Shown here: positions 18,749 through 27,070 of the stretch, in pieces | Numbering within the stretch: the stretch's first letter is position 1 | How the letters are laid out: each line of letters opens with the position of its first letter | NCBI GenBank assembly: GCA_025934715.1 | Contig: JAICWR010000002.1 | Coordinates: 152 to 64,151 of the forward strand | Reading direction: 5' to 3' | DNA from: Candidatus Saccharimonadota bacterium | GTDB lineage: Bacteria; Patescibacteriota; Saccharimonadia; Saccharimonadales; UBA10212 | Length of the DNA: 64,000 nucleotides | The notes under the pieces: model-generated | What the model was told of the DNA's origin: nothing | The model's input: only the letters and a program-made list of their open reading frames with translations | Database searches by the model: none | Made by a program: the position numbers and the translations under genes

Positions 18749-19642
18749 ATGATTCCCAGTTATCCTGAATTCGATAAGCTTGAATTAAAGCATAAAGAAG
18801 CCGTTGAGAGTTTCACCGGCCAGTTTGAGCCTTATTCCGACTTCAACTTCATAAGCCTCTACTGTTGGGATATCGACGGGTCGGTTACTTTAAGTAACCT
18901 CAACGGCAACCTGGTCATCCAGCTACCGGATTATCTTACCGGCAGGTCTGTCCACTCAATTATTGGGAACCGGGAGATCGATATTACTTTGACCGGGCTA
19001 GTACAAGATGTTGGTGATTTGAAGCTGGTGCCTGAGCCAGTAATAATCAGCCTCGTTCAGAATGAGTCCTTTGATATTCATGAAGACCCGGATAATTTCG
19101 ACTACATTTTTTCTGTCCAGAAACTGGCGGAACTTTCTAAAGCTGAATTCAACGAGAAGGGGAAAAAGGCCAACCGCTTTGCCCGGAAATATATCGACAA
19201 ATATCAAGTATTTCAAGTAACTAGCCACGATGAATCTACCACCAAAATGGTGAATTATGTCATGGACTGGTGGAAGGAAGTTAAAAACCGGCCCGACCAT
19301 GAGTCTCAAGCTGAGAGGGAAGCAATCTTTAGATTGCTGCAGCTGCATTCTGACTTCAATTTACTGACACATATTCTAACGGTGGAGAATGTGCCTATCG
19401 GCTTCAGCGTCCATGAGCTGCTTAACAATGGCTTTGCGATAAGCCATTTTCATAAAACCCTTCCGGTTTATAAGCACGCTGATGTTTTTCTTAATCGTCA
19501 CATAGCCACGGACTTGCTTCAAAAAGGATGCAAGACGGTGAATTGGGAACAGGATTTGGGCATCGAAGGGCTCAAGCGGTCAAAGATGTCTTACCACCCG
19601 GATGGCTTCCTGAAAAAATATACTGTGAAACGGGTTAATTAG
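18749..19642 (+). CDS. DUF2156 / aminoacyl-tRNA-dependent transferase-like (tandem GNAT fold) soluble protein
   Basis: SDFNFISLYCW, DYIF, VNWEQDLGIEGLKRSKMSYHP. Confidence 0.85.
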   Translation: MIPSYPEFDKLELKHKEAVESFTGQFEPYSDFNFISLYCWDIDGSVTLSNLNGNLVIQLPDYLTGRSVHSIIGNREIDITLTGLVQDVGDLKLVPEPVIISLVQNESFDIHEDPDNFDYIFSVQKLAELSKAEFNEKGKKANRFARKYIDKYQVFQVTSHDESTTKMVNYVMDWWKEVKNRPDHESQAEREAIFRLLQLHSDFNLLTHILTVENVPIGFSVHELLNNGFAISHFHKTLPVYKHADVFLNRHIATDLLQKGCKTVNWEQDLGIEGLKRSKMSYHPDGFLKKYTVKRVN

Positions 19643-20858
19643 TTTTTCTCAAAGCTCTGTAAATAGTAGTTGAAACGGGGGCCTCTAAGCCTGATACGGC
19701 TCCGTGCTCACCGTTATTTATAGCTCTTTTAACGATCCGGGGAATGTACCGGCTGCTAATCTGGGTGCACTCAAATGTCAGCATGGCGTTTGAGCCGCGT
19801 TTGTTATAGAGCTTCATGGCGAAATCCACTAAGAGACCGCTATAACTGCTACCCTTTCTTGATTCATCGGATACGATTCCCGGGAACATCACCACGTTGT
19901 CGGTGGCTACATAATCAGCGTATTCCCTTTCGTAGTAGGCTTTATTGAACCATGGGGAAGTTTCAAAATCATGATTGAAAAAGCATAGTGATACCACGTC
20001 GCCATTATCACGGAAAACTATCTTAGCCACTTGCGGGCTTTGCATGAACTCTTTTAGGCTGTGTTTGTCAAAGCCGGCGGGAGATGGGTCGTTTTCTCCC
20101 AATCTGGAGAATTGTTTATCATACATTTCCCAGATGCTGTCTACTTCATCATCCGAAAATACGTCTACCATCGCAAGACCGTTTAGTTCGTCTATTGTTA
20201 TCTCGCCGTTATTAACCGACTCTTGATATACGTCAAATAGCCGCTGCGCCGGCTTAATTTCGGCCGCGTTTTTAAAATCTACTTTACCGGTGAAGGCATT
20301 ATTCTGATTTTGAACGCCGTCGACGCCCAAAGTATCAAGCGCATAGCCCTCGCCCAGCTGTAAGACGCTGAGGCTCTCCGGTTTGGATACATACTGGTCG
20401 GTTATAATTATCGCTCCGGAATCTATTACCTCTTTGACCTTGGTCCTAAGCTTTTCCATTTGTTGAGAGTCAGTAGGCAACGGCGGGTGTATATAACTAT
20501 AAAACTTCTTATCTCGGCCATAAGCCCGGCCTAAAACATCCTCGTCATACCATTCCAAAGATTCGGCGGGTACTAGCAGCGGCATTGGCAATTCTTGCCC
20601 ATCCTCTGATTGGTACGGGAAGGATATTGTTTCGGGGTTAGCTATGGCGTTTTCAAGGTCCTCGCCAAATAGTCCCAACCTTATAGTTTCGTCATTCGCA
20701 TCGTGATAGGCCATGTAGCTATCGGCTGTTTTTTTAATTAGCTCCTCTGTAAGTTCTATGAAACCTTCTTGCGAGTCACTCTTATGGGCGTTTTCAACAA
20801 TCTCCATGCTTGGTAGTGATTGTTCTGGATTGGGCTTGTATGTTTCTTGGTCAGCCAT
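19635..20858 (-). CDS. Hypothetical protein with probable C-terminal GNAT-like domain
   Basis: Motif-A-like GIVSDESRKGSSYSGLLVDFA; fold assignment is inference. Confidence 0.7.
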   Translation of the reverse strand: MADQETYKPNPEQSLPSMEIVENAHKSDSQEGFIELTEELIKKTADSYMAYHDANDETIRLGLFGEDLENAIANPETISFPYQSEDGQELPMPLLVPAESLEWYDEDVLGRAYGRDKKFYSYIHPPLPTDSQQMEKLRTKVKEVIDSGAIIITDQYVSKPESLSVLQLGEGYALDTLGVDGVQNQNNAFTGKVDFKNAAEIKPAQRLFDVYQESVNNGEITIDELNGLAMVDVFSDDEVDSIWEMYDKQFSRLGENDPSPAGFDKHSLKEFMQSPQVAKIVFRDNGDVVSLCFFNHDFETSPWFNKAYYEREYADYVATDNVVMFPGIVSDESRKGSSYSGLLVDFAMKLYNKRGSNAMLTFECTQISSRYIPRIVKRAINNGEHGAVSGLEAPVSTTIYRALRKTN

Positions 20859-20865
20859 AGAAGTA

Positions 20866-21366
20866 TTAGCGGGCTCCCTTTCGGAGAGGAAAGTTACCCC
20901 ATTTAGTCGCTTGATAAACCGCGATGACTAAAGCGCAGACCGGGTCGTGGGTGCAAGTACGGCCGGCAACTTCCATTTGGATCTCACCAAAATCTATGTT
21001 CCTCGTGCCCATCATGGCTTCCAGGCTAGCCTTTATGTCCCGGCGGACGGTGGCTTCATTATTGCCTTCGTGTTCAACGAACAAACCCTTGCCGGTTTTT
21101 TTATCCTGGACCCAACCAATCCCGGCCCAGGCCTCCTTGTTTGGTGTATCCACTCTCATATCGGCCATTACAACGTACAGCCTGTCGCCCCACTTTCCCT
21201 GTCGTTCCTTAATAGGTTTACTGATGGCTACATTAGAGCCGGCCGGAATTATAGAGCTTAATCTGATAAGGTTGTAGTTCTCTACCCCGGCTTCGTGGAG
21301 AGCCGCATCAAAAGCCGCCAATTTAGTATGGGCTTTACCGGTACCGGAACTGATTTGAATTTTCAT
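20866..21366 (-). CDS. Pyruvoyl-dependent arginine decarboxylase
   Basis: AFDAALHEAGVENYNLIRLSSIIP self-cleavage motif; GLFVE. Confidence 0.9.
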   Translation of the reverse strand: MKIQISSGTGKAHTKLAAFDAALHEAGVENYNLIRLSSIIPAGSNVAISKPIKERQGKWGDRLYVVMADMRVDTPNKEAWAGIGWVQDKKTGKGLFVEHEGNNEATVRRDIKASLEAMMGTRNIDFGEIQMEVAGRTCTHDPVCALVIAVYQATKWGNFPLRKGAR

Positions 21367-21520
21367 AGATGATTTTGGTTTTGGCGAATAACTGCTTAAT
21401 AATATATACCTTCGACCGCTACGCGCCAAACCTTACTTACCTTACTCTATATATTTAACCATAAACATATCTATACGTCAATATTAGACCTACTGGGGCT
21501 AGGAGTGTAATATTTAGCTA

Positions 21521-21925
21521 GTGGTTAAGATCGCGATTATTGAGGATGAGGCGGCCATTGCCGCGATGTATGAGACCGAGCTGCAGAACGCCGGCTTTGA
21601 GGTTGGCGTGGCCAGCAATGGCAAACTTGGTTTAGAGCTCTGCGAGAAACTCAAGCCAGATTTGGTTTTGCTTGACATCATGATGCCAGAGATGGACGGC
21701 AAGCAAATGCTTGAGAAAATGCGGACGACCGAATGGGGCAAGCATACCCTTGTGATTGTCCTAACCAACCTGGGCCAGCACGAAGCCCAGATGAGCATGG
21801 GCGACAACAAGTTTGACGGCTACGCCGTCAAAGCGTATTACACGCCCAAGCAAATCCGTGACCGCGTGGTTGAGCTGCTCAAGGAGAATGACAAGCTGCC
21901 CAAAGAGTGGACGCCTAAATCCTAA
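21521..21925 (+). CDS. Single-domain response regulator
   Basis: IIEDE, LLDIMMPEMDG, LTN, K. Confidence 0.92.
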   Translation: MVKIAIIEDEAAIAAMYETELQNAGFEVGVASNGKLGLELCEKLKPDLVLLDIMMPEMDGKQMLEKMRTTEWGKHTLVIVLTNLGQHEAQMSMGDNKFDGYAVKAYYTPKQIRDRVVELLKENDKLPKEWTPKS

Positions 21926-21943
21926 AGTTGTAAGATTTAGGCA

Positions 21944-22315
21944 ATGGCCAAGATAGCGATCGTAGAAGATGATCTGGCAATTGCCCAGATGTACCGCCTT
22001 AAATTCGAGGCGCTGGGCCACCATGTGGAAATCGCCGAAAATGGCAAGCTGGGATTAGAGCTTTGCGAGAGGCTCAAGCCCGATTTGCTGCTACTTGACC
22101 TGATGATGCCGGAGATGAACGGCGATGAGATGCTGGAGAAAATGCGGGCTACGGAGTGGGGCAAAGGCATCAAGGTTATTATTCTAACCAATGTCGGCGA
22201 GCAAGAAGCACCGGAAAAACTCAAATCCCTGCACGTGCGCGATTACATCGTAAAGGCCGAAATGACACCCTCCCAAGTTGCGGAGGTCGCCAAAAAAGAA
22301 CTCGAAGCCGCCTAA
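21944..22315 (+). CDS. Single-domain response regulator (paralog of the previous gene)
   Basis: IVEDD, LLDLMMPEMNG, LTN, YIVKA. Confidence 0.92.
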   Translation: MAKIAIVEDDLAIAQMYRLKFEALGHHVEIAENGKLGLELCERLKPDLLLLDLMMPEMNGDEMLEKMRATEWGKGIKVIILTNVGEQEAPEKLKSLHVRDYIVKAEMTPSQVAEVAKKELEAA

Positions 22316-22320
22316 ATTTT

Positions 22321-23682
22321 ATGAAGATTGGAATCGTCGGCTGGGGACTGGAAGCCCAAAGCGCCCACCGGTTTTTTGGACCAGAGCACGAATATTTGAT
22401 TGTGAATGAGTCTAAGCAGGCTGGCTTCCCCGCCCAAACAGATAAAGTGCAGGTGCAGTATTTAGAGAAAGAAGCGCCGGCCGGCATCGGCGGACAGGTC
22501 CAGGACCTTAGTTATTTAAAGGGTGTGGAAAATTGCGACAAAATCGTATATCAGCCCACGGCTTACTTCAACTTAAAGAAAGCCTACGCTGATAATGCTG
22601 AGTTTTGGACCAAAGCCACCACTGTTTACGACATCTTCTTTGAAAACTGCCCGACAAAAAATATCATCGGCGTCACCGGCACCAAAGGCAAAGGCACGAC
22701 TTCCACGCTAATCACTAAACTCTTAGAAGCCGCCGGCAAAACCGCCCACCTCGGTGGTAATATCGGTACGCCTATCCTGGACATATTGCCGAACGTTAAG
22801 GAGGATGACTGGGTGGTTTGGGAGCTGGCTAATTTCCAGCTTAAGGCCGCATCTCATAGCCCCCGTATAGCTGTCTGCCTGATGATCACAACCGAGCACC
22901 TGGACTGGCACCCGAATTTTGAAGATTATATCGACTCTAAGGCTAACCTGTTCCGGCACCAAGCGGCCACTGATACCGCCATTTATTTTGCCGACAACGA
23001 ATATTCCAAAAAGATCGCTGGATTTTCGCCTGGAAAACAAGTTCCCTATTTTGCTGCCCCTGGAGCACGGGTGAAACAAGATGGAAAGATTGTCATCGGC
23101 CAAGAAGAGACCATCATAATACCAAAAGCAGACGTCAAACTACCCGGAGAGCATAACCTCCAAAACATCTGTGCGGCTTGTACGGCCGTTTTTGAGGCCA
23201 TAGGAAGCCTTGACAATGCTAGGACAGTATTATCTAGCTTTAGCGGCTTAGAACACCGCCTGGAGCTTGTACGTGAGCTAGACGGGGCTAAATATTACGA
23301 TGATTCGTTCGCCACGACTCCCGAAGCGGTGATTGTCGCTTTGAGGGCGGTGACCAGGCCGGTGGTGTTGATATTGGGGGGCCACGACAAAGGACTTGAT
23401 TATAAAGGGCTGGTCGACGAGATTGCCAGTAGAGGCCAGGTGCATCATGTGGTGACCATTGGCGAAATCGGCCCTAAGCTGGCCCAGAGCCTACGCGAAA
23501 AAGGCTTCACGGCTATCACGGAAGACGGTAAGTCAATGAAAGAAATCATCATCGAGGCCCGCTCCTGGGCCCGTACAGGCGATGCCGTTTTGCTTTCCTG
23601 CGGCACTTCCAGCTTTGGAATGTTCAAAGATTATAAAGACCGGGGCGACCAGTTTAAGCAAGCCGTCCTAGCACTCTCTTAA
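22321..23682 (+). CDS. murD: UDP-N-acetylmuramoyl-L-alanine--D-glutamate ligase
   Basis: GTKGKGTT, GGNIG, EHLDWH, HRLE, DDSFATT, FKDYKDRG. Confidence 0.92.
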   Translation: MKIGIVGWGLEAQSAHRFFGPEHEYLIVNESKQAGFPAQTDKVQVQYLEKEAPAGIGGQVQDLSYLKGVENCDKIVYQPTAYFNLKKAYADNAEFWTKATTVYDIFFENCPTKNIIGVTGTKGKGTTSTLITKLLEAAGKTAHLGGNIGTPILDILPNVKEDDWVVWELANFQLKAASHSPRIAVCLMITTEHLDWHPNFEDYIDSKANLFRHQAATDTAIYFADNEYSKKIAGFSPGKQVPYFAAPGARVKQDGKIVIGQEETIIIPKADVKLPGEHNLQNICAACTAVFEAIGSLDNARTVLSSFSGLEHRLELVRELDGAKYYDDSFATTPEAVIVALRAVTRPVVLILGGHDKGLDYKGLVDEIASRGQVHHVVTIGEIGPKLAQSLREKGFTAITEDGKSMKEIIIEARSWARTGDAVLLSCGTSSFGMFKDYKDRGDQFKQAVLALS

Positions 23683-24313
23683 GCTGTTCGATTACTGGCT
23701 TCTCAGGTTGGATAATTTTCGCTCTGCCTTTAGCGATATCTTTGATAATTTCTTCAATCCAGTGGTAATGAGTACAGCCAAGAACAATTACGTCTGCGCC
23801 CTGCTTGATTGCCTGATTGGTTATTTTTGCAACTTTATCGCGCTCAACACTGTCATTTTCAATCATCATCGCCCAATCGCTGCAATCAGGCTCTAAAACA
23901 ACCATGCCTTTAGTGAATTCTTGTTTCAGCCACTTATAGCGCTTACTGGCAAGTGTTCGTGGAGTAGCGCAGACTGCTATGGTTTTTGATTTAGTCATCA
24001 CGGCCGCTGCCCTAACTGCCGGTTCCAAGCCGACCATAGGCAGCTTAAACTCATGGCGTAATTCAGTTATCAAGTTTGTAGTTACAGTATTACAGGCAAT
24101 TACTATCGCCTGGCAACCTTCGTCTACAAACTCCTGAAAAATCGGTCTGACAAAACCATGGATTTCATTAACGTCACGTAGGCCATACGGCACATGTTTT
24201 TTGTCATCCTTATAAACAATTTCCAGATCTGGTAACTCATTTTGAATTGCTTTTACTACGGATAAGCCGCCGATGCCGCTGTCGAAAACGCCTATCTTGT
24301 GTTTATTAGCCAT
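23654..24313 (-). CDS. murI: Glutamate racemase
   Basis: FDSGIGGLSV, IACNT, LGCTHY. Confidence 0.95.
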   Translation of the reverse strand: MANKHKIGVFDSGIGGLSVVKAIQNELPDLEIVYKDDKKHVPYGLRDVNEIHGFVRPIFQEFVDEGCQAIVIACNTVTTNLITELRHEFKLPMVGLEPAVRAAAVMTKSKTIAVCATPRTLASKRYKWLKQEFTKGMVVLEPDCSDWAMMIENDSVERDKVAKITNQAIKQGADVIVLGCTHYHWIEEIIKDIAKGRAKIIQPEKPVIEQLKRVLGRLA

Positions 24314-24845
24314 CTTCTTTGAGGGGAACAAAGGAGTCGATTACAGAAACAAGCGGGAGATCAGGTTCTGTTAAGAACGGGCTGCGATTCCATATGACGC
24401 CAGCTGCCACCACCTTGTCGGTAAGCTCGGCATGGCCTATTACTTTTTTAATACTGCTACCGGTAGTGAAAACATCGTCAATAATCGCGATCCGCTCAGC
24501 TTGCAAAGCGTTCCCTCTATCTGTTGCACTGGCGAACGTAAGCCTCCCGTGTTGTTTGTCCCTCCATCTTAATCTGGCAGTTTTAGTCTTTAAGTGCAAC
24601 GATACTTCGCTCCCCCAGCGGTTTGCTCCAGCTGGCACCGGAATAATTAAATCGGGTTTGTATACGGAAAGGCGGATAGCTAGTATGCCGGCGATTTCAG
24701 CCGCCAGCTGCGGATCGAGTCTAGGCACTTTTTCAAGGTTTATTTTGCGATTGGCAAGGAGGCCTGCTGCCGTGATAAATGGGCTACTTTCAATAACCTC
24801 AAGCCCACGGAGACGGCTCTCAAAATTAAAGGTGGAGTCAGCCAT
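24306..24845 (-). CDS. Type I phosphoribosyltransferase (PyrE-like)
   Basis: PRPP-binding loop IIDDVFTTGSS. Confidence 0.8.
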   Translation of the reverse strand: MADSTFNFESRLRGLEVIESSPFITAAGLLANRKINLEKVPRLDPQLAAEIAGILAIRLSVYKPDLIIPVPAGANRWGSEVSLHLKTKTARLRWRDKQHGRLTFASATDRGNALQAERIAIIDDVFTTGSSIKKVIGHAELTDKVVAAGVIWNRSPFLTEPDLPLVSVIDSFVPLKEDG

Positions 24846-25647
24846 TATTATGCCGTATTTCAGAGGCGCGGATGACGTTTTCGAATAAAGCACACACGGT
24901 CAGCGGTCCGACGCCGCCTTTTTCCGGTGTGATGGTCAAATCATCGCGTTCATAAACTTCCGGCGCCAAATCGCCGACCGTTTTGCCTTCTTCGCTGGCC
25001 ACGCCGGCGTCGACTACGACAGCGCCTTGCTTAATCATATCCGGATATAAAATCGCCGGGCTGCCGGTGGCGGTGATGATAATATCCGCCGCTTTGGTTT
25101 TATCGGCCAAGTCTGGGATCTCCCGATCGATTACTTCAACCTGGTAGCCGGAATCTTTAAGGATTTTTTCCAGCGGGGCGCCGACCAGTTTACCCCGGCC
25201 GATGAGCAGGATTTTCTTGCCGGTCAGCTCGATGTTGTAGCCGCTCAGCAGCCACATGATGGCCATCGGGGTGGCCGGCTCGAACTTCGATTTTTGGCCC
25301 AGCGCGTCCACGTCCTTTTTAGGATTCACCAAATTGACGATCTCATCTGTCTGCGATGTGTCCTCCAGGGGCAGCTGCACTATAATTCCATGAACGGAGC
25401 TTTCTTGACTTAACTCCTTAAGCAATTCGGGTACTTTACTCTGCTTAACTTTATGGACTCCCACTTCAGCGCCGATATCCGAGCCATACTGCTGTTTTAG
25501 TCTCACATAAGTATTTATCGCTGGGTCATCCTTCGCCTGGATAATCTCCAACTTTGGCTGGACACCGTGCGAATGCAGCTGCCTGACCTGCTTGGCATGT
25601 CGTTCTTTAATGAAGCCCGCCAGTTCTTGGCCATTCAATATTTTCAT
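24838..25647 (-). CDS. folD: Methylene-THF dehydrogenase/cyclohydrolase
   Basis: YVRLK, GIIVQLPL, KDVD, GGVGPLT. Confidence 0.95.
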   Translation of the reverse strand: MKILNGQELAGFIKERHAKQVRQLHSHGVQPKLEIIQAKDDPAINTYVRLKQQYGSDIGAEVGVHKVKQSKVPELLKELSQESSVHGIIVQLPLEDTSQTDEIVNLVNPKKDVDALGQKSKFEPATPMAIMWLLSGYNIELTGKKILLIGRGKLVGAPLEKILKDSGYQVEVIDREIPDLADKTKAADIIITATGSPAILYPDMIKQGAVVVDAGVASEEGKTVGDLAPEVYERDDLTITPEKGGVGPLTVCALFENVIRASEIRHNNG

Positions 25648-25712
25648 ACTCTGGTAATTTTACCTCAATCGATTGCAAAAACAGAGGTCGTTTGCTAAAG
25701 TTACGCTGTTAC

Positions 25713-25789
25713 GGGCCATTAGCTCAGTTGGTTAGAGCAGCGGCCTCTTAAGCCGCGTGTCGTGGGTTCGAGTCCCACATGGCCCTCCA
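25713..25789 (+). tRNA. tRNA-Lys(CTT)
   Basis: Cloverleaf; GCGGC-CT-CTT-AA-GCCGC; CCA. Confidence 0.97.
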
Positions 25790-25792
25790 AAG

Positions 25793-25816
25793 TTCCGGCA
25801 AACGCCGGAATTTTTT
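25793..25816 (+). terminator. Intrinsic terminator after tRNA-Lys
   Basis: TTCCGGC-AAAC-GCCGGAA followed by T-tract. Confidence 0.7.
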
Positions 25817-25827
25817 ATTATATAAAG

Positions 25828-26301
25828 ATGGCTAAGGAAGAGTTGCGGGATAAGTACCGGTCAGTGCGGCTAAGGATGGACAGCCGCGACGTTGAAAAGT
25901 ACAGTCTGCGAATCTGCCGGAAACTATACCGAGAAATTGGCTGGGACAGGATTCAAAAAATCTGTTCGTATGAGCCAATTGCCGAATTGAAAGAAGTTAA
26001 TGTTTTGCCATTACTTGAAACTGTCAAGTACAAGTATCCAAACACCATAATCAAGTTAGTTGGCATGTCCAGAAAATCGAAGACGCCAAAAATGAAGTTT
26101 GACCTGATTTTGGTGCCGGTCTTGGCCTATGACAAACAGAATTACCGGCTGGGCTGGGGCGGCGGCTGGTATGACCGGTTCCTTGCAGAGCAGTCCCAGG
26201 CGCAGAAAGTCGGCGTCGCCTTTAAAAACGGCTTCGTAAAAAACAGTTTGCTCTTGGAACCGTACGATATCGCGCTCGATAAAATCATTACCGAAGTGTA
26301 G
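25828..26301 (+). CDS. 5-formyltetrahydrofolate cyclo-ligase
   Basis: DLILVPVLAYD..YRLGWGGGWYDRFL. Confidence 0.92.
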   Translation: MAKEELRDKYRSVRLRMDSRDVEKYSLRICRKLYREIGWDRIQKICSYEPIAELKEVNVLPLLETVKYKYPNTIIKLVGMSRKSKTPKMKFDLILVPVLAYDKQNYRLGWGGGWYDRFLAEQSQAQKVGVAFKNGFVKNSLLLEPYDIALDKIITEV

Positions 26302-26311
26302 TCTATCTCTT

Positions 26312-27070
26312 ATGATTGTGAGACCGGTAAAAACCGATCGGATAATGCCCGGAAAGAAAACTATCCTTGAGATTTTAGATGATAGCTTACCCCAAATAGC
26401 GGAGCGGACCGTCGTCGTGATAACTTCCAAGATAGTTGCCTTGTGCGAAGACAGGGTGGTGCCCAGAACCGGGACCAACAAGGAGGGGTTAATAAAAGAG
26501 CAGTCTAGTTTCTACTTGCCAATGAGCCTCAGCCGATACGGTCATCACTTTACGATTACTGAGCATACTTTGGCGTCGGTCGGTGGTATTGACGAATCGA
26601 ACAGCGGCGGCGAGAATTACGTGCTGTGGCCGGCTGACTCGCAGAAATCGGCTAATCGAATCCGTGAGTATTTGGCGCGAAAACATGAAGTTAAAGAAGT
26701 CGGCGTGATTATCAGTGACAGTACCTGCGTGCCAATGTGCTGGGGCACGATTGGCCAGCCGCTTAGTTACAGTGGCTTTGAGCCGGTCCATGATTATATA
26801 GGCCAGCCGGATTTGTTTGGGCGGCCTTTCAAAGTTAGCCGCTCAGGCGTAGCCCTTGGGCTGACGGCGGCGGCAGTGGTGGTGATGGGTGAGGGCGACG
26901 AGCAGACTCCAATCGCTGTAATAACAGATGTTGACTATGTGAGGTTCCAACCCCGTAATCCGACCCAAAAAGAGCTCGAAAACTTTTATATCGCCGATTA
27001 CAAAGAAGACTTATTCGGGCCATTTTTCGAAGCCGTCGATTGGCAAAAAGGCAGACAGACGAAAAAATAA
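26312..27070 (+). CDS. CofE-like gamma-glutamyl ligase (F420-0:L-glutamate ligase family)
   Basis: TSKIVA, GGIDESN, GVIISDS, MGEGDEQTP. Confidence 0.88.
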   Translation: MIVRPVKTDRIMPGKKTILEILDDSLPQIAERTVVVITSKIVALCEDRVVPRTGTNKEGLIKEQSSFYLPMSLSRYGHHFTITEHTLASVGGIDESNSGGENYVLWPADSQKSANRIREYLARKHEVKEVGVIISDSTCVPMCWGTIGQPLSYSGFEPVHDYIGQPDLFGRPFKVSRSGVALGLTAAAVVVMGEGDEQTPIAVITDVDYVRFQPRNPTQKELENFYIADYKEDLFGPFFEAVDWQKGRQTKK

